Part shown: positions 39,817 to 53,852 of the stretch, piece by piece
Position numbering within the stretch: the first letter of the stretch is position 1
Layout of the letters: each line of letters starts with the position of its first letter
NCBI RefSeq assembly: GCF_006345805.1
Contig: NC_042997.1
Coordinates: 152,706,001 to 152,770,000 of the forward strand
Reading direction: 5' to 3'
Source of the DNA: Octopus sinensis
Taxonomy: Eukaryota
DNA: 64,000 nt
Notes under the pieces: model-generated
What the model was told of the DNA's origin: nothing
What the model saw: the letters and a program-made list of their open reading frames with translations, nothing else
Database searches by the model: none
Position numbers and translations under genes: made by a program

Positions 39817-40042
39817 CGGCGAGCTGGCAGAATCGTTAGCACGCCAGGCAAAATGCTTAACCGTATTTCGTCTGCCGTTACTTTTTGAGTTCAAATTCCG
39901 CCGAGGTCGACTTGGCCTTTCATCCTTTCGGGGTCAATTAAATAAGTACCAGCTACGCACTGGGTCGATGTAATCGACTTAGTCCCTTTGTCTGTCCTTG
40001 TTTGTCCCCATTATGTTTAGTCCCTTGTGGGCAATAAAGAAT
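39817..40042 (+). mobile_element. Full-length Nin/Deu SINE monomer with Tx1-like tail
   Basis: Head, core and tail TTGTCCCC..TTGTGGGCAATAAAGAA. Confidence 0.88.
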
Positions 40043-40924
40043 TATATATGTTATTTTTTAAAGTAAATAATATGCAATTCGCAGTACTTTGGTACACTAA
40101 AGCTGGCAAGCTGTCACGGTCTGTATCACTAACTCCTTACCTTTAGAGTCGAACCATTTCAACCATTCGACTTGTAGCCTCCACCAAAACTTCAAACCTT
40201 GTACATATAGTAGAAAGGATTATTTTTAGCCCATTAGATCAGCAACCTGACGAAATACTGTAACTGTTACGCTTGATAACGTTCTGAATTCACATCCTTA
40301 TGGAGGTCTAATTTGAATTTCTCCTCTGTGAATATAAAATAAATACCAGCCAAGTCATTTTCATTGATTGTAAACCTTTCTTAAATTGTTGACTTTCTGC
40401 CAAATTCAGAAACCAGTTTTATTGTCCATATAAGCCACTATGAATCAGAATTAACATTACAATAATCCGTGTGAGTAGTGAAAGGATATTAGTGATAAGG
40501 TCCGTATTTCGGTATAGCACATGTGATATGTAATGAATGATATTCAATGAAGTGAGCTTATAATCAACCACAAAGTATAATGATCACAGATGATTACAAT
40601 CTCTTCCAAACTTTCATACTTCCCCTGACTCATTCACTCTTCCTTATCTTCTATAGTGTTGCTGTAGCTAGCAGAGAGAAACAGGTGAGAAAGCTGTAGG
40701 AAATGTACGATGGAAGTAATATATGTAGACTAAACGTATAAACGAATGCAATTCAAACAACAATAGGTCTTTGTTCGGGGTTCTTGCTTCTAGCAGAGAT
40801 TAGCCAATTAACGGTTCCATACGAACATCATCGACACACGAAGCTAACGATAATCATCACCACTACCATGACAGGGACTCTCACCCTCATACGATAAGCA
40901 TTACCCTCAACAACGCTAATTTAT

Positions 40925-41052
40925 ACTACTACTACTACCACCCAAACCACAAACACCACCACCAACAAACACCACAACCACCACCACCACCAACACCACC
41001 AACACCACCACCACCACCACCACCACCACCACCACCACTACTACTACTACTA

Positions 41053-41088
<36 letters not shown>
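40925..41088 (+). repeat. (ACC)n/(ACT)n compound microsatellite
   Basis: Direct reading. Confidence 0.9.
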
Positions 41089-42244
41089 GGCTGGTTCTGC
41101 ATTCTAACATTCGGCTCCTCAACGTGCAGACATATTTCACAACACCTGAGCTGGTAACTAGATCTGCGATTAATCACATGTAACGCCACCGTACACAATG
41201 AGCTTATCGTATTTCTCCTCTCAGCCTCTCCTTCCATACCATGCACCACATGTAGACACAAGAACTTACTTCAGTGCGCACACACCACACACGTACATAC
41301 ACATATATACCTGCACAAATATGCAATCATACATACATACATAAGCACTTACCACACACTCACGCACTTCTCTACTCGCTTAACCTCACTGAACTAATTC
41401 CATCATTTCCCCTTTGAATTTTCTTCATAAGTTCAGCTGCCAAAGACAATTCCATTTATTTCTATTATCCTATCGCTAACGTCTTTAGCGCATAACCGAC
41501 ATTTACATTTGCTTCTAAATCTCAGAGTTTTTATATCTTACATACTGAAGTTTGCTTTACGATCCATTACGCTTTCAGTTTATTTATCAATTAACTATTC
41601 GTGAATATAGCTTTGTTCGAATTTCTTTAGCATAGCCGGAACAAATATTCTTTTCTATGGTTGTTTGTTTTACGTGTTCCGCTTCTGCTACTATTAGCCG
41701 CTCCATAATTCAATTCCATTTTATTCTTATTCAATCACAACTGCTTTTGAATTTTAATGGTCCACATCTGCTCAACAGTTAACCTTTCCTTCCCTAACCC
41801 TCCGCCTCATTTTCACATACTCCTTATTTTTTTAACTTTTAGTCACAAATCCTTGCCCTATCTGTAACAACCAACCAGCAACTGAGCACCTCAGAAAATA
41901 TGTGACTTCTACAGCTGTAATGAAGGCAACTAGGAGCTCTGCACTCTCTCAAAAAATACTAATTCCTAATAAAATGCAGTAAATCCAGTAACTTGACCAC
42001 ACTGATTCCTGTCTCAAGATAATCCCAGTTTTTTTTTTTTTTTGCTGGGTGTGTGAAAGAGATATGCACCAAAGAATTTAATACCATTTCTTCGTCCATA
42101 TTTATCTTAGTGGTGTTCACTCTGTTCCAACTATTTGTACCACATATTCATCAGAATTAGGAAATGTCTAAATTTTCGATCCATAACGCACATTTTTCTA
42201 TGGGTAGCGCCACTATTCATCATAACGTGTAAATGAAGAGAAGG

Positions 42245-42608
42245 TTTCCCAGCGAAGACCCCTTGCAAGATACTACAAGGGTCCGGTTACATGAGTGCAA
42301 TGGCATTGAGGTGGGCATCGTTTGCACAGGTGTTCTCAGTGGAAAATTTGCATCTAACACTACCATCCCAATTTACCTGTGGTTGGTATCGGTGACATCT
42401 TGCATCGACTCATTAAAACGAGAAAAAGAGAGTGAAAGAAGGAAAGAAACAATATAACATAGAATTGATGACAAAGAAAAAAACATAAAGAATATAAAAA
42501 ATAAAATAAAAATAAAAATAAAAATTGTTACCAGATAAAAAAATAAAGAACAACAAAATTTCCCAACGAAGAATCCTTGCAAGATACTACAAGGGTTCGG
42601 TTACATGA
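42245..42608. repeat. Two 50-bp direct repeats with an internal hairpin
   Basis: 42245-42294 and 42559-42608, both containing CCTTGCAAGATACTACAAGGGT. Confidence 0.85.
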
Positions 42609-42610
42609 CC

Positions 42611-42732
<122 letters not shown>

Positions 42733-42907
42733 TTTTTTTTTCTTCTTTCAAATTTTCTTCCATTTCTTGCCGAGTGTCTTCCCGACTCCTAGGGCAAAGA
42801 AACTCATAGTGTATATTGGTAGGCCATTAAACCAAACTCAGTAGTTCGTTCATTTTTTTTTTTTTTTTTTTTTAAGTTAAATTAAAATGCATGAGCAGCA
42901 ACAGTTC

Positions 42908-45900
42908 TCACATCGACAATGCTCTTCTCAATACGTGTGATGTACCAGTTAAGACAATCTTTTGCACTTCTTGCAGGGATGGTAAGCCAGGGATCATTCT
43001 CATATAATTTTCGGTTCCCTTCTTGATCATTCCTAGTGCTCCTACGATCACTGGTATTGTAACCGCCTTGAGATGCCACATTTTCTCAATTTCAATGAGT
43101 AGGTCTTTATATTTTCTGAGCTTGTCAAACTCTTTCGCTGAGATATTATGATCACAGGGGATGCTCATGTCGATCAATAAGCAAACTTTATTGTTTTGGT
43201 CTTTCACAACAATATCTGGTTTATTGGCCTTGATGGTTCGGTCTGTATGTACTGGAAAGTCCCACAGAATGGTTACATTTTCTCCTTCAGTTACAGCCTC
43301 AGGGTGGTGATTATACCACTTGTCGGCAGTTTTGATATTGTAATGCCGACTTATTAGCCAGTGGAGATATTGGCCAACTCTGTCATGTCTTAATTTATAC
43401 TCCACTGGTGCTAAGACTTTACATCCAGAGATTAGGTGGTCCACTGTTTCAATTATGTCGTTGCAGAATCGGCATTTTGGGTCAGCTCCATTTTTCATCA
43501 CATTGGCCTGGTAGTTCCGGGTTGATAGGCTTTGGTCTTGAGCAGCCAGGATGAAACCTTCGCTCTCTGCTTTTAGCCCTGAGCTCCGCAGCCACTGATG
43601 GGTTTGCTTCTGGTCAACATCAGCTTGTTTGCTGCGGGTCACATATTTGCCGTGCAGAGGTTTCTCCTCCCACCTATCAGCCAATTGCTCGTGCGCTTTT
43701 TTCATTGCCATCATTTTCACCTTCTTTGCAACAATAGTTGCCGTACTTCCCTCGGGTTGTTCAGTTTGGGTATCCTGCACGAGATCAATAGCAAATTTTT
43801 TGCTTTCCTTGATGATAGAATGAAGCTTCTTTCGTCTCTCGTGATTTTCCACGAGCTTTAGCATCCAGTCATTCGATATTTCGAGATATTTGGCCAGTCC
43901 AATTGTGGTTGTTTTGTAAGCTAGTTCAAATTGGATCAGGCCTCGACCTCCTTGGGCTCTGGGAAGGTAAAGGCGATCTACGTCTGCCTTTGGGTGGTGC
44001 ATCCTATTACAACTCAGCAGCTTGCGTATTTTTCTATCCATATTCTTTACTTCAATCATATTCCAGTTCAACACATTGTAGCTATAAGTAACACCTGGAA
44101 CTGCTAGGGAATTTATAGCTAACACCTTGTTACGTGCATTTAGTTCAGATTTCAGGACTGCACGAACTCTCCTATAACATTCCTTCCTGATTTTCTCTTT
44201 CATGCTTGCATGCTGAATACCAGAGCCTTCATTTATCCCTAAATATTTGTATGTTTGTTCTTGCTCAAGCTCTCTTATGACTGTGTCAACATCTAACACG
44301 ACTGAATTTGTGGTCTTCATTTTCCCTTTCTGGAAAGTGGCCTTGGCACACTTCTCAAGTCCAAACTCCATCCCGATGTCATCGCTGAATGATTTCACGG
44401 TGCGCAATAGGCCTTCAAGTTCATTATTGTCTTTACTATAAAGTTTTAAGTCATCCATATAAAATAGATGGCTTATTTTTTTATTGGCAATTTTATACCC
44501 ATACCTTATTCTGTTTAATTCACTTGTAAGGGGTATTAGGGCTATGCAGAATATTAAAGGTGAAAGTGAGTCACCTTGAAAAATTCCACAGTTGATGTTT
44601 ATATTTTCTGAGGCAAGTACTCCATTAGAGTGGTATAATTGGAGATTCGTATTCCACAACGACATATTGTGCTTCAGGAAGTTTGAAATCACAGGGGAAA
44701 TTTTGAAGATGTCCAGCGATCTCAAGATCCATGGATGCGGTATACTGTCGAAGGCTTTTTTATAGTCAATCCATGCGGTGCTGAGATTTCTGCGCTTGTT
44801 GTGACAGTTCTCAAGGATCATACGATTGATTAGCAGTTGATCTTTGCATCCGTAAGAGCCTCGGCGGCACCCTTTTTGTTCAATGGGGAAAATATCGTTC
44901 TTCTCCATGAATGCATATGTTTTCTCCGCCAGGATAGATGTTAGAATTTTATACGTGGTGGATAGACAGGTTATAGGCCGATAGTTTTTTGGAAGGTTGG
45001 TTTCGTTATTCTTTGGGAGTAGGTAAGTAATGCCACTTGCTAACCATTCAGGTGTTTTCTTTGGGTCTCTCATAATTCCATTGAGCAGCAGAACTAGCTT
45101 ACCGTGTGCGCACGGGAGCGATGCGAGCCAGAAATTCGGCACCCTATCTTTACCGGGGGATTTCCAATTATGGGCCTTCGTGAGTGCCTTTCTTAGGTCT
45201 GCTATTGTGATGTCTTCCCATGCTTGTTGTAAATTTTGGTAGGATCCTTCAGTTTGTATAATCCAGTCTGCATTTATGTTGTACGTCTTCTTGTCACTCC
45301 AAATCCTTTTCCAAAAGTTTTGAACTTCTTCCATGGGAGGGGGGTCTTTAACGGTTACTTTCTCCTTCCCTATTTCTTTGTAGAATTTTTTGGCATTGGA
45401 TGTGAACAGCTTATTTTGCTTGTAAAACTTGTTTCTCTTCTCAAATCTTCGTATTCTTTGGGCTTTTGCTTGGACTTTTTGTTTCAGCGTTTCTTTTATT
45501 GATATCAGTTCTTCTCTTGGTGAGGATCCAAATTTTCTCTTCATCTTTCTTCCTGTTCTGGATCTTACATCATTTCCACATATTAGTTCATTTAATATTG
45601 ATATTTCCCCTCTCATAAATTCAATCTCTTTTTCAATTTTACTTCTCCAGGTTTGATTTCTTCCCAGGTTTTGTTTTCTTTGTTTTTTCGGGGGCATACA
45701 GCTGGTTTCAATTGCCCTAGCAGAAGCGTAAATAATTTCATTTAACTCAGTAAAATCAGGTTTTAATTCTCGTATTATTTCATTTGTTACATAGTTGCCA
45801 ATTTGGATTTGTTTTTTATTTTGGTTTGTATTTGAGAGTTTATGAAGCGGTTCTCTATCATTCATACTTGTATGTCTTACAACTTCAAGCGTATTCAGGA

Positions 45901-46228
45901 TTTTCTGCCTCATTTCTGCTATAGACTCTCTGTGTTCTTCAGCAAATGCGAGATCTTCAGTTACTGTTGTTTTTTCGTTTTCCTGGCTATCTTTAACAGG
46001 TACAATAGAATTTCTTGTATCTTCAGGCCTTTGCGTACTTTGGTCAGATGGCAGTCTTTCAATTAAGCCTCGTGGCGGGCTATACTGTTCATCTGATTCT
46101 TCATTTCCTTTGTGTCTTATATTTATGTCATTTTCCGTTGCGTGCTTGATCGCGCTTATTTCACTGTCTGTGAGTCTGTTATTTCTAAAGATATCCCTCC
46201 TCACATTTGCTAATTTGTTCTCGTCCAA
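42908..46228 (-). CDS. Reverse transcriptase with CCHC zinc knuckle and restriction-like endonuclease (main open part of the R4/Dong ORF)
   Basis: WKSPGKD, NYRPITCL, WIDYKKAFDS, GIFQGDSLSP, FYMDDLKL, YKYLG, CRFC..ETVDHLISGC, RHD, KPDIVV..IDMSIP..KYKDL; the TTG start is artificial. Confidence 0.93.
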   Translation of the reverse strand: MDENKLANVRRDIFRNNRLTDSEISAIKHATENDINIRHKGNEESDEQYSPPRGLIERLPSDQSTQRPEDTRNSIVPVKDSQENEKTTVTEDLAFAEEHRESIAEMRQKILNTLEVVRHTSMNDREPLHKLSNTNQNKKQIQIGNYVTNEIIRELKPDFTELNEIIYASARAIETSCMPPKKQRKQNLGRNQTWRSKIEKEIEFMRGEISILNELICGNDVRSRTGRKMKRKFGSSPREELISIKETLKQKVQAKAQRIRRFEKRNKFYKQNKLFTSNAKKFYKEIGKEKVTVKDPPPMEEVQNFWKRIWSDKKTYNINADWIIQTEGSYQNLQQAWEDITIADLRKALTKAHNWKSPGKDRVPNFWLASLPCAHGKLVLLLNGIMRDPKKTPEWLASGITYLLPKNNETNLPKNYRPITCLSTTYKILTSILAEKTYAFMEKNDIFPIEQKGCRRGSYGCKDQLLINRMILENCHNKRRNLSTAWIDYKKAFDSIPHPWILRSLDIFKISPVISNFLKHNMSLWNTNLQLYHSNGVLASENININCGIFQGDSLSPLIFCIALIPLTSELNRIRYGYKIANKKISHLFYMDDLKLYSKDNNELEGLLRTVKSFSDDIGMEFGLEKCAKATFQKGKMKTTNSVVLDVDTVIRELEQEQTYKYLGINEGSGIQHASMKEKIRKECYRRVRAVLKSELNARNKVLAINSLAVPGVTYSYNVLNWNMIEVKNMDRKIRKLLSCNRMHHPKADVDRLYLPRAQGGRGLIQFELAYKTTTIGLAKYLEISNDWMLKLVENHERRKKLHSIIKESKKFAIDLVQDTQTEQPEGSTATIVAKKVKMMAMKKAHEQLADRWEEKPLHGKYVTRSKQADVDQKQTHQWLRSSGLKAESEGFILAAQDQSLSTRNYQANVMKNGADPKCRFCNDIIETVDHLISGCKVLAPVEYKLRHDRVGQYLHWLISRHYNIKTADKWYNHHPEAVTEGENVTILWDFPVHTDRTIKANKPDIVVKDQNNKVCLLIDMSIPCDHNISAKEFDKLRKYKDLLIEIEKMWHLKAVTIPVIVGALGMIKKGTENYMRMIPGLPSLQEVQKIVLTGTSHVLRRALSM

Positions 46229-46593
46229 ATAGGGCCTACTGTCTTGATTCCGTGTTCTCTATATACTGTAAGAGTTTGCGGTGTGTCTCTCTTGAGATGG
46301 CCTACCTAATGCATGTAATAAGCGTATATTACTTCTTTATACTCTTCTCGGGTCCATTTGTTCCGCTTACATTTTTCTTTCTGTGGTGGTTGTGGTGGTG
46401 AACTTGGAGGGCTCGAGTTGGGGGATTTCCCGTTCAAGTGACCATCCATGTCCGTATTCGGAGAAGAGTTTGTGCCAGTTGATGACTTTTCGATCCCAGG
46501 CTGGCTCTGCCCTGGGGGACGCGCTTCCAGATTAACCATAGGACAAGCGATTTGGTATACTGATTTAGTTTTCCTTTTAGTTTCCAAAAACAT
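46229..46593 (-). pseudogene. Disrupted N-terminus of the same ORF (Myb-like motif)
   Basis: ATG at 46593, KRNKWTREEYKEVIYAYY; frameshift at about 46313 and in-frame TAG at 46259-46261. Confidence 0.85.
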
Positions 46594-46727
46594 TTTGGTG
46601 CTACGATAATGTTATCATTTTTTTTTTTTTTTTTTTAGCTTTGATTGACTCGTGGGAAGACGGCCATCATTGCCGTTACAATTATAATCGTACCATTATA
46701 GCAGCCGTAGTCGGCTTATTATTGTTA

Positions 46728-46820
46728 TTATCATCACCATTACCATCACTATCATCATTATCACCACCATTACCATCATCATTATCATCATCACCATCAC
46801 CATCACCACCATCATCATCA
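46728..46820 (+). repeat. (ATC/ACC)n low-complexity tract
   Basis: Direct reading. Confidence 0.85.
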
Positions 46821-47019
46821 ATGATATTGTTTTATGTGTAGTCACAGCAGTATCTTATTATTGTTATTTTTGTTTTTTTATCATTATCACCATCACAGTA
46901 GTGTCTGTCTGTCTCGTTGGCTGGCTGACTGTCTTTTTTTTTTTTTTTTTTTTTAGGTGCGGTTCTATCGGTCAAAAAAAGTTCAGATGTTTACTACTAT
47001 TAGGCTTAAGAAAAATTAA

Positions 47020-47947
47020 GGAAGGGCGGTTCTGTATTGTTTGTGAATAGAGAAGTTGTGTTCGACCAGAGAGAATCGTAGCATCATCATTTTTTTTTTT
47101 TTTTTTTTTTCCACGTGCGTTTGTGTTATTGCAATAAAAAGTGTTTGTATATTTCCTGTAAGGTAATATTGTGGAGGTTGAAGTTGACTTTTCTAGAGAT
47201 GTTTGTATGTCCAGTTAGAAGAACAGGTGTGTTTTTACAATAAAAAGTATATGTTTACATTTATATTTGAATATTCAGGGAGGAAGCAAAGAAAAGTCAG
47301 ATTTTCATAGAAAGTTTTAGGGTTTTGTAAGTCCACAAAAAGAAAAAAAAAAAGAAAAGCGTGATGTTTTTAGAGAGAAAAAAAAAAAAAAAAGTATGTT
47401 TACAGAGGCAATTGTGGGTATCAAAGTTTTTAAAGCTGGTCGAATGTATGATTGAAAACTGTAGATATGTAAATTTGTAAATTTTCTTAACTTATTTTGA
47501 AGGGCTATTCTGTATTATTTGTGAATAGAGAAGCTGTGTTCGACCAGAGAGAATCTTAGCATCATTATTTTTTCCATGTGCGTTTGTGTTATTGCAATAA
47601 AAAGTGTTTGTATATTTCGTGCAAGGTAATATTGTGGAGGTTGAAGTTGACCCCTCTAGAGATGTTTGTATGTCCAGTTAGAGGAACAGGTGTGTTTTGC
47701 AATAAAGAGTATATGTTTACATTTATATTTGAATATTCTGGGAGGAAGCAAAGAAAAGTCAGATTTTCATAGAAAGTTTTAGGGTTTTGCAAGTCCACAA
47801 AAAGAAAAGCGTGATATTTTTAGAGAGAAGAAAAAAAAGGGTGCTTACAGAGGCAGTTGTGGGTATTAAAGTTTTTAAGGCCGATCGGATGTATGTTTGA
47901 AAGCTGCAGATATGTAAATTTGTAAATTTCTTAACCCACTTTGAAGA
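47020..47947. repeat. Tandem duplication, two diverged units of about 450-480 bp
   Basis: TTCTGTATT.TTTGTGAATAGAGAAG.TGTGTTCGACCAGAGAGAATC recurs at about 47029 and 47507, with collinear continuation. Confidence 0.9.
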
Positions 47948-48062
47948 GAATTTCAAATACTCACGAGGTATTGTAGATGTTCCAGTCTTTGAGAGTTATT
48001 TTTCCCCGTTGCTAAACTGGCCCATATTAGTGTTTCTATGCCACCGAACTGTCAGAGCACTC

Positions 48063-48063
<1 letters not shown>

Positions 48064-48151
<88 letters not shown>

Positions 48152-49790
48152 TTCTCATTATTGCAGGTTTTGTTGGAGGTACTAGTGTCTTGCATGCATA
48201 GCGGGCTTACTACCTGCAGCCTACGGTACCTTGCTATTCATTCTTTTGAGTTATCAAATGCTTTCCTGATTATTCTGGCCGTACCAAGGAGTCGAAGCTT
48301 TTGTAAGAGTTCTACTGGGCATTCTCTTCCAATTTCCTTCATATTCCTCTTGTTGCCTTCTGATACTGTGCCTAAGGAACCAACAATAATTGGCACTATT
48401 TTCATCTTCTTCGTTTTCCATAGCCGGGCTGTATCTATCTTTTTATGCAACATCAACTATATAGCATATGTGGTGCACCTTCTCCACCACTGCTAGGTTC
48501 TGTCTGTTATACTCTAGCACCTGATCTCTTTAGATTGCAAAATACCAGAGGATTTTGCTAATGTCCGAATCTACCATTCTCTGTGGTTTGTGCTCATACC
48601 ACGTCTTGCCTCTCTCTAGCCCTCACTTTTTGCACAATTTCCAATGTAGCACTTTCGCTAACTGGTCGTGTCGCCGCAAGTTGTAATGATTTTGGGCGAG
48701 TCTAGGACATGGGCAATGGTTTCATCTACTCTATAGCAGATGTGGCACAGCGGAGACAACTGTTCATTCCTAAGGTTGACCCTCCAGTTCATAGCCAGAG
48801 CTTGGTCCTGCACTGTCAGCATAGTGCTCTCAGCCTCTTTTTTAGAGTTCCTTTCATCGGCCAATCCCACCGATTTTTTCCAGTAACTTCTATTGAGGTC
48901 TTCATGTCCTTTTTATACTTCTTTGTTTTCCATTTTACTCTGCACTCAATGCTCCCTCGTTCCTAACTGTCACTAGCAAGCTCTCTTTACTTTGGAATAG
49001 GTATCTCATTAAGCTCTCGAGTTCGATACGCACTCAGTCTTCTACACTAATCAGTCCCCTTCCTCCATTTGCTCTCTTCATATATAGGTAATCATTGTTG
49101 TGCACGTGGATGATGGTCTCCATGCAACGTTAGGAGTTTTCTTGACTTCCTGTTCACCTCCTTTAACTCCTCCTCGGTCTACTTCAGGATTCCAGTGCTA
49201 TATCGAACTACTGCAACTGCTTCCGAATTTACTGCCGAAATTATTTTTCAGGCATTCAACTTTGAAGCCAATATTTTTCTCACACTCCATTTTAATATTA
49301 TTGGAGATGATTCGCACAGACTTGACTAGGCTGTCCAGTTCTGTTTCAGTGTTTTTTAATAGCTTCAGGATGTCAATGAATAGCAAAGTGGTTTAGTTTT
49401 TCCTTACCTCCTCCCAGATCGTATACCAACTTTGTTTTCTGTAGTATTTCACTCAAGGGTAATATTTCCCAACACGAATATCAGTGGGGGGGGCACTGTC
49501 TCCCTGGAAGCTTCTTCCCTTGATTTTCACCTTTCCTAGTACATGCTTCTCTGCTGTCAATTCCGTTCTCCAGTATTTCATGTTATTCCATATAAGGCTT
49601 CTCATATTCTCTGCTACTCCATATATTTCCATCGTTTGTATTATCCAGGAGCATGGTATCACATCGTATGCTCAGGTTTGTTCTTCATAGTTATATTATT
49701 AATTAAGAGTTGATCCTTTGTTCCCCGACTCCTTTTTCGGTACCCATTCTGTTCAATGTATAGCCGCCGACATTTTTTCCAAGGTCAAAC
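48064..49790 (-). mobile_element. Old degraded R4/Dong-like LINE (RT to RLE) with (TAA)n tail
   Basis: AYDVIPCSWI, FQGDS, LFIDILKL, EAESTMLTVQDQAL, CHIC..DETIAH, IVPIIVGSLG..LLGTARIIRK; (TTA)n at 48064-48150. Confidence 0.85.
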
Positions 49791-49944
49791 AGCGCATGAC
49801 CTTGCAGGTGAGGTCCAGTTAGAATTTTCTTCAGGTCGAGTAGCCCATCCCGCTCCTGAGTCCCTAAATAAGGGTTATTTAAGGGTGTTGAAAGAAACAC
49901 CAATATTTCCAAAGGTGAATTATCCAATCACCAAATAATTCATC

Positions 49945-50169
49945 TCAATACATGGTTATGATACTTCTGCTCGAAATCAGAGATGCACATATCGCTCGCC
50001 ACTAAGGGACATGTTCAACTGGTTAAAGTCAAACAACTGACAAGCTAATCTGTGGTATTGAGCAGAATATTTGCTATAGTTCATCTTTTATAGCAACCCA
50101 AAACAATGTACATGATAACACTTCCCATCAGTTATGATCAGAAGCCATGAGAGCCCCTGCCTGGCACTG
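49945..50169 (-). mobile_element. Probable SINE-like interspersed repeat
   Basis: GC-richer non-coding segment next to microsatellites; family not identified. Confidence 0.3.
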
Positions 50170-50232
50170 CACCAGGGCATTTATTATTATTATTATTATT
50201 ATTATTGTTATTATTATTATTATTATTATTAT

Positions 50233-50265
<33 letters not shown>

Positions 50266-50318
50266 CAGCAGCAGCAGCAACAGTAGTAGTAGTAGTAGTA
50301 GTAGTAGCAGCAGCAGCA
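50170..50318 (+). repeat. (TTA)n(TAG)n(CAG)n compound microsatellite
   Basis: Direct reading. Confidence 0.95.
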
Positions 50319-50319
50319 T

Positions 50320-50555
50320 TGTCTTTGCACAGCTCCTAACGCTGGAGATTTACTACAGTGTCAGCTGTTCACTATCAGTGAACTAAAGTAACACCTCTTA
50401 TTTTTCGAGCACCTTCCGGGCGGTTCCATGCAGTGCTTTTTTCCGCTTTTTTCATGCAGTGCTCCATCCTTATTGCAGCCCCTATTTGTTCCAAGTACTT
50501 CTTGAGATTTTTGCTCACTGTTCCCAGGGGTCCGACAATTATAAATCGACTGAGG
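50320..50555 (-). mobile_element. Short R4/Dong-like 3' fragment
   Basis: IIVGPLGTVSKNLKKYLEQIG..ALHGTARKVLE. Confidence 0.7.
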
Positions 50556-51902
50556 AGACAAAATTTTGAAAAACAACACACTTTTCGAATTAAATCCTAA
50601 TTTTCAAAATGGATTTCATTCTTTCACCCTTTCCGGCCGGTCGACCGACCTGTAAGTGGGGATTAATTTTGCAGGTGAAAATTTTGTCTGCAACCAAAAG
50701 AACCCATCACACAAAACCACGAGTATAGCAATATCCATAAGAATATCAACAACAAGGATCACAGCGCAGTGCAACAACAATGAGAGTAAAGTAAATAACA
50801 AGAACAGCAGCGGCAATGTATGTAATAGAGAGCCCGGCGACAGCAGGAAAAACAATGCCGTAGTCCACAAAATCACAAGCGAGAAAGCTGTTCATTGCTA
50901 ATGCAAACCTTTCCTACAGCAATAAACTGTAGCAGCAACAGCAATAAAACCACCGGTAGTAAACAAGAAACAAGTAGTGGCATTAAAACAGCAACAAAGA
51001 TAAGAGGAACAGTAGCTTTGGAAGCACTTCATTAGCCAGTGTTGCAAAATCTTTTGATGTAATCTCACTGGACAAAAATACCGATAGCTTGAGGAAGCAC
51101 AACGTATCAACAGTCTACGAGGAAAATATTCACTAAAGTTATCAGAGGAATTCCATAGTAAACAGTGTTATACAGATACATTTCATTGAAGAAACATCAA
51201 CTGACGTTAAACTTCTTAGACTTCCGAGATAAAAACTAAACTCTACATGAAAAGCACCTTGTAAACCAATATGGCTACATGAGGGTGAACTTTCTCCCAA
51301 AGAGCCTAGCCAAGAAAAACTTCACCGATTTACGTTTAAGTGAATAATTTACACTACCTTCAGTTTACCTAAGGCCGTGGGTAATCGGGGGAAAATTGCA
51401 AAAATACCACTAGAAATACATTTCTAGTGGATAAAGAAATATGCTGTGGTGGAGATGCCTGGACGCTGTTAAAGGTAACAAAAAAGAATTCTGAAAGTAA
51501 AGCTAGATTCGAAATAGAGTCGGAGATCCTGATGTAAGTGAATGCTGATATACTGAACATGATTCCCAACGTAACAGAGATCCCAGCAAGTGTGGGTGAG
51601 GGTAAAGTGTAGAAGGCCTATTTACCGCGATTGAAGGAACACCGTTCTGGCCAACACAACAACAGATAGTGACAATTCAAACATGGTTTCTAATTCTGCA
51701 CTACTTAAGCATCAACGATGACAACAAATGCAACTACAACGCCAATAGCGACTGCAATGTATAAAAGCACACACATACATACACACGCACATGCAGATAT
51801 ACATACATATATGCATGTATATATTTATATTTGAGTTGCATGATAGTGGTTTTATCTCTAATTTATATATATATATATATATTATATATATATATATATA
51901 TT

Positions 51903-52143
51903 AATTTCTTTACTACCCACACGGGGCTAAACACAGAGGAGACAAACGAGGACAGACAAACGGCTTAAGTCGGTTATATCGACCCCAGTGCGTAACTGGT
52001 ACTTATTTATCGACCCCGAAAGGATGAAAGACAAAGTCGACCTCGGCGGAATTTGACTCAGAACGTAACGGCAGATGAAATACGGCTACGCATTTCGCCC
52101 GGCGTGCTAAAGTTTCTGCCAGCTCGCCGCCTTCCAATATATA
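51903..52143 (-). mobile_element. Full-length Nin/Deu SINE with Tx1-like tail, flanked by (TA)n
   Basis: Head at about 52143, core at about 52012-52040, tail ..GTGGGTAGTAAAGAAA. Confidence 0.9.
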
Positions 52144-52147
52144 TATA

Positions 52148-52195
<48 letters not shown>

Positions 52196-52204
52196 TATAT
52201 ATAT

Positions 52205-52569
52205 GGTGTTGCTACTTGGTTTCACTTCATGGAGGCTTTCTAGCAACTGCTATTTGGTGCATGAGAGAGTTCGATGCAGCTGCCCTCATCTGCCCCTCCT
52301 GCCGTGAAGTTGGTTCATCTGGGACACCTGACAGGAAGAGATCCAGCTTCATTTTAAAGACATCTGTATCCACCCCATGCAGGTCTCTCAGGTTCTTCGG
52401 GAGGATATTGAAGAGCTGTGGGCCTCGGAAGCCCAGGCTATCACAGAATCTTGTCCTACATCTTGATGGCAGGTTTGGAGTCCTAGGCACCACGCAGTGG
52501 CGCCCAGTTCTGGCATTTGCGTAACTCTCGATGCCAAAGTTCAGGACACTTCCCTCCAGGATCTTCCAG

Positions 52570-52570
<1 letters not shown>
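52205..52570 (-). mobile_element. 5'-truncated CR1/Jockey-group LINE 3' end
   Basis: IWKILEG..; [33 protein letters not shown] is the typical ORF2 C-terminus; flanked by (TA)n. Confidence 0.75.
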
Positions 52571-53632
<1,062 letters not shown>

Positions 53633-53852
53633 TAGAGAGATGTACTTGCATAGCGAGTGATGCAGCACGAAGTTTTGTCAGTGAACAGGTCGCGGTCTGA
53701 AAGCGACGAAAATATTTTGAAAATTAAATTTAAATGTTGAAGTGTGTTTCTTAAATGGCTTATAGACACCTTCCGCGCTGCAATTGTTTATATATATATG
53801 AAAAAACAAGTCAAAAATAGAAAATGCTAAGATGATTTTATAGTGAATCTTT

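Noticed and set aside
46259-46315. Programmed frameshift or readthrough in the Dong ORF
   Set aside because: No slippery sequence seen, and R4-clade elements are single-ORF; simple mutation or sequencing error is more parsimonious
51360-51650. Possible RTE RT relic (DAWTLLK)
   Set aside because: Single weak motif
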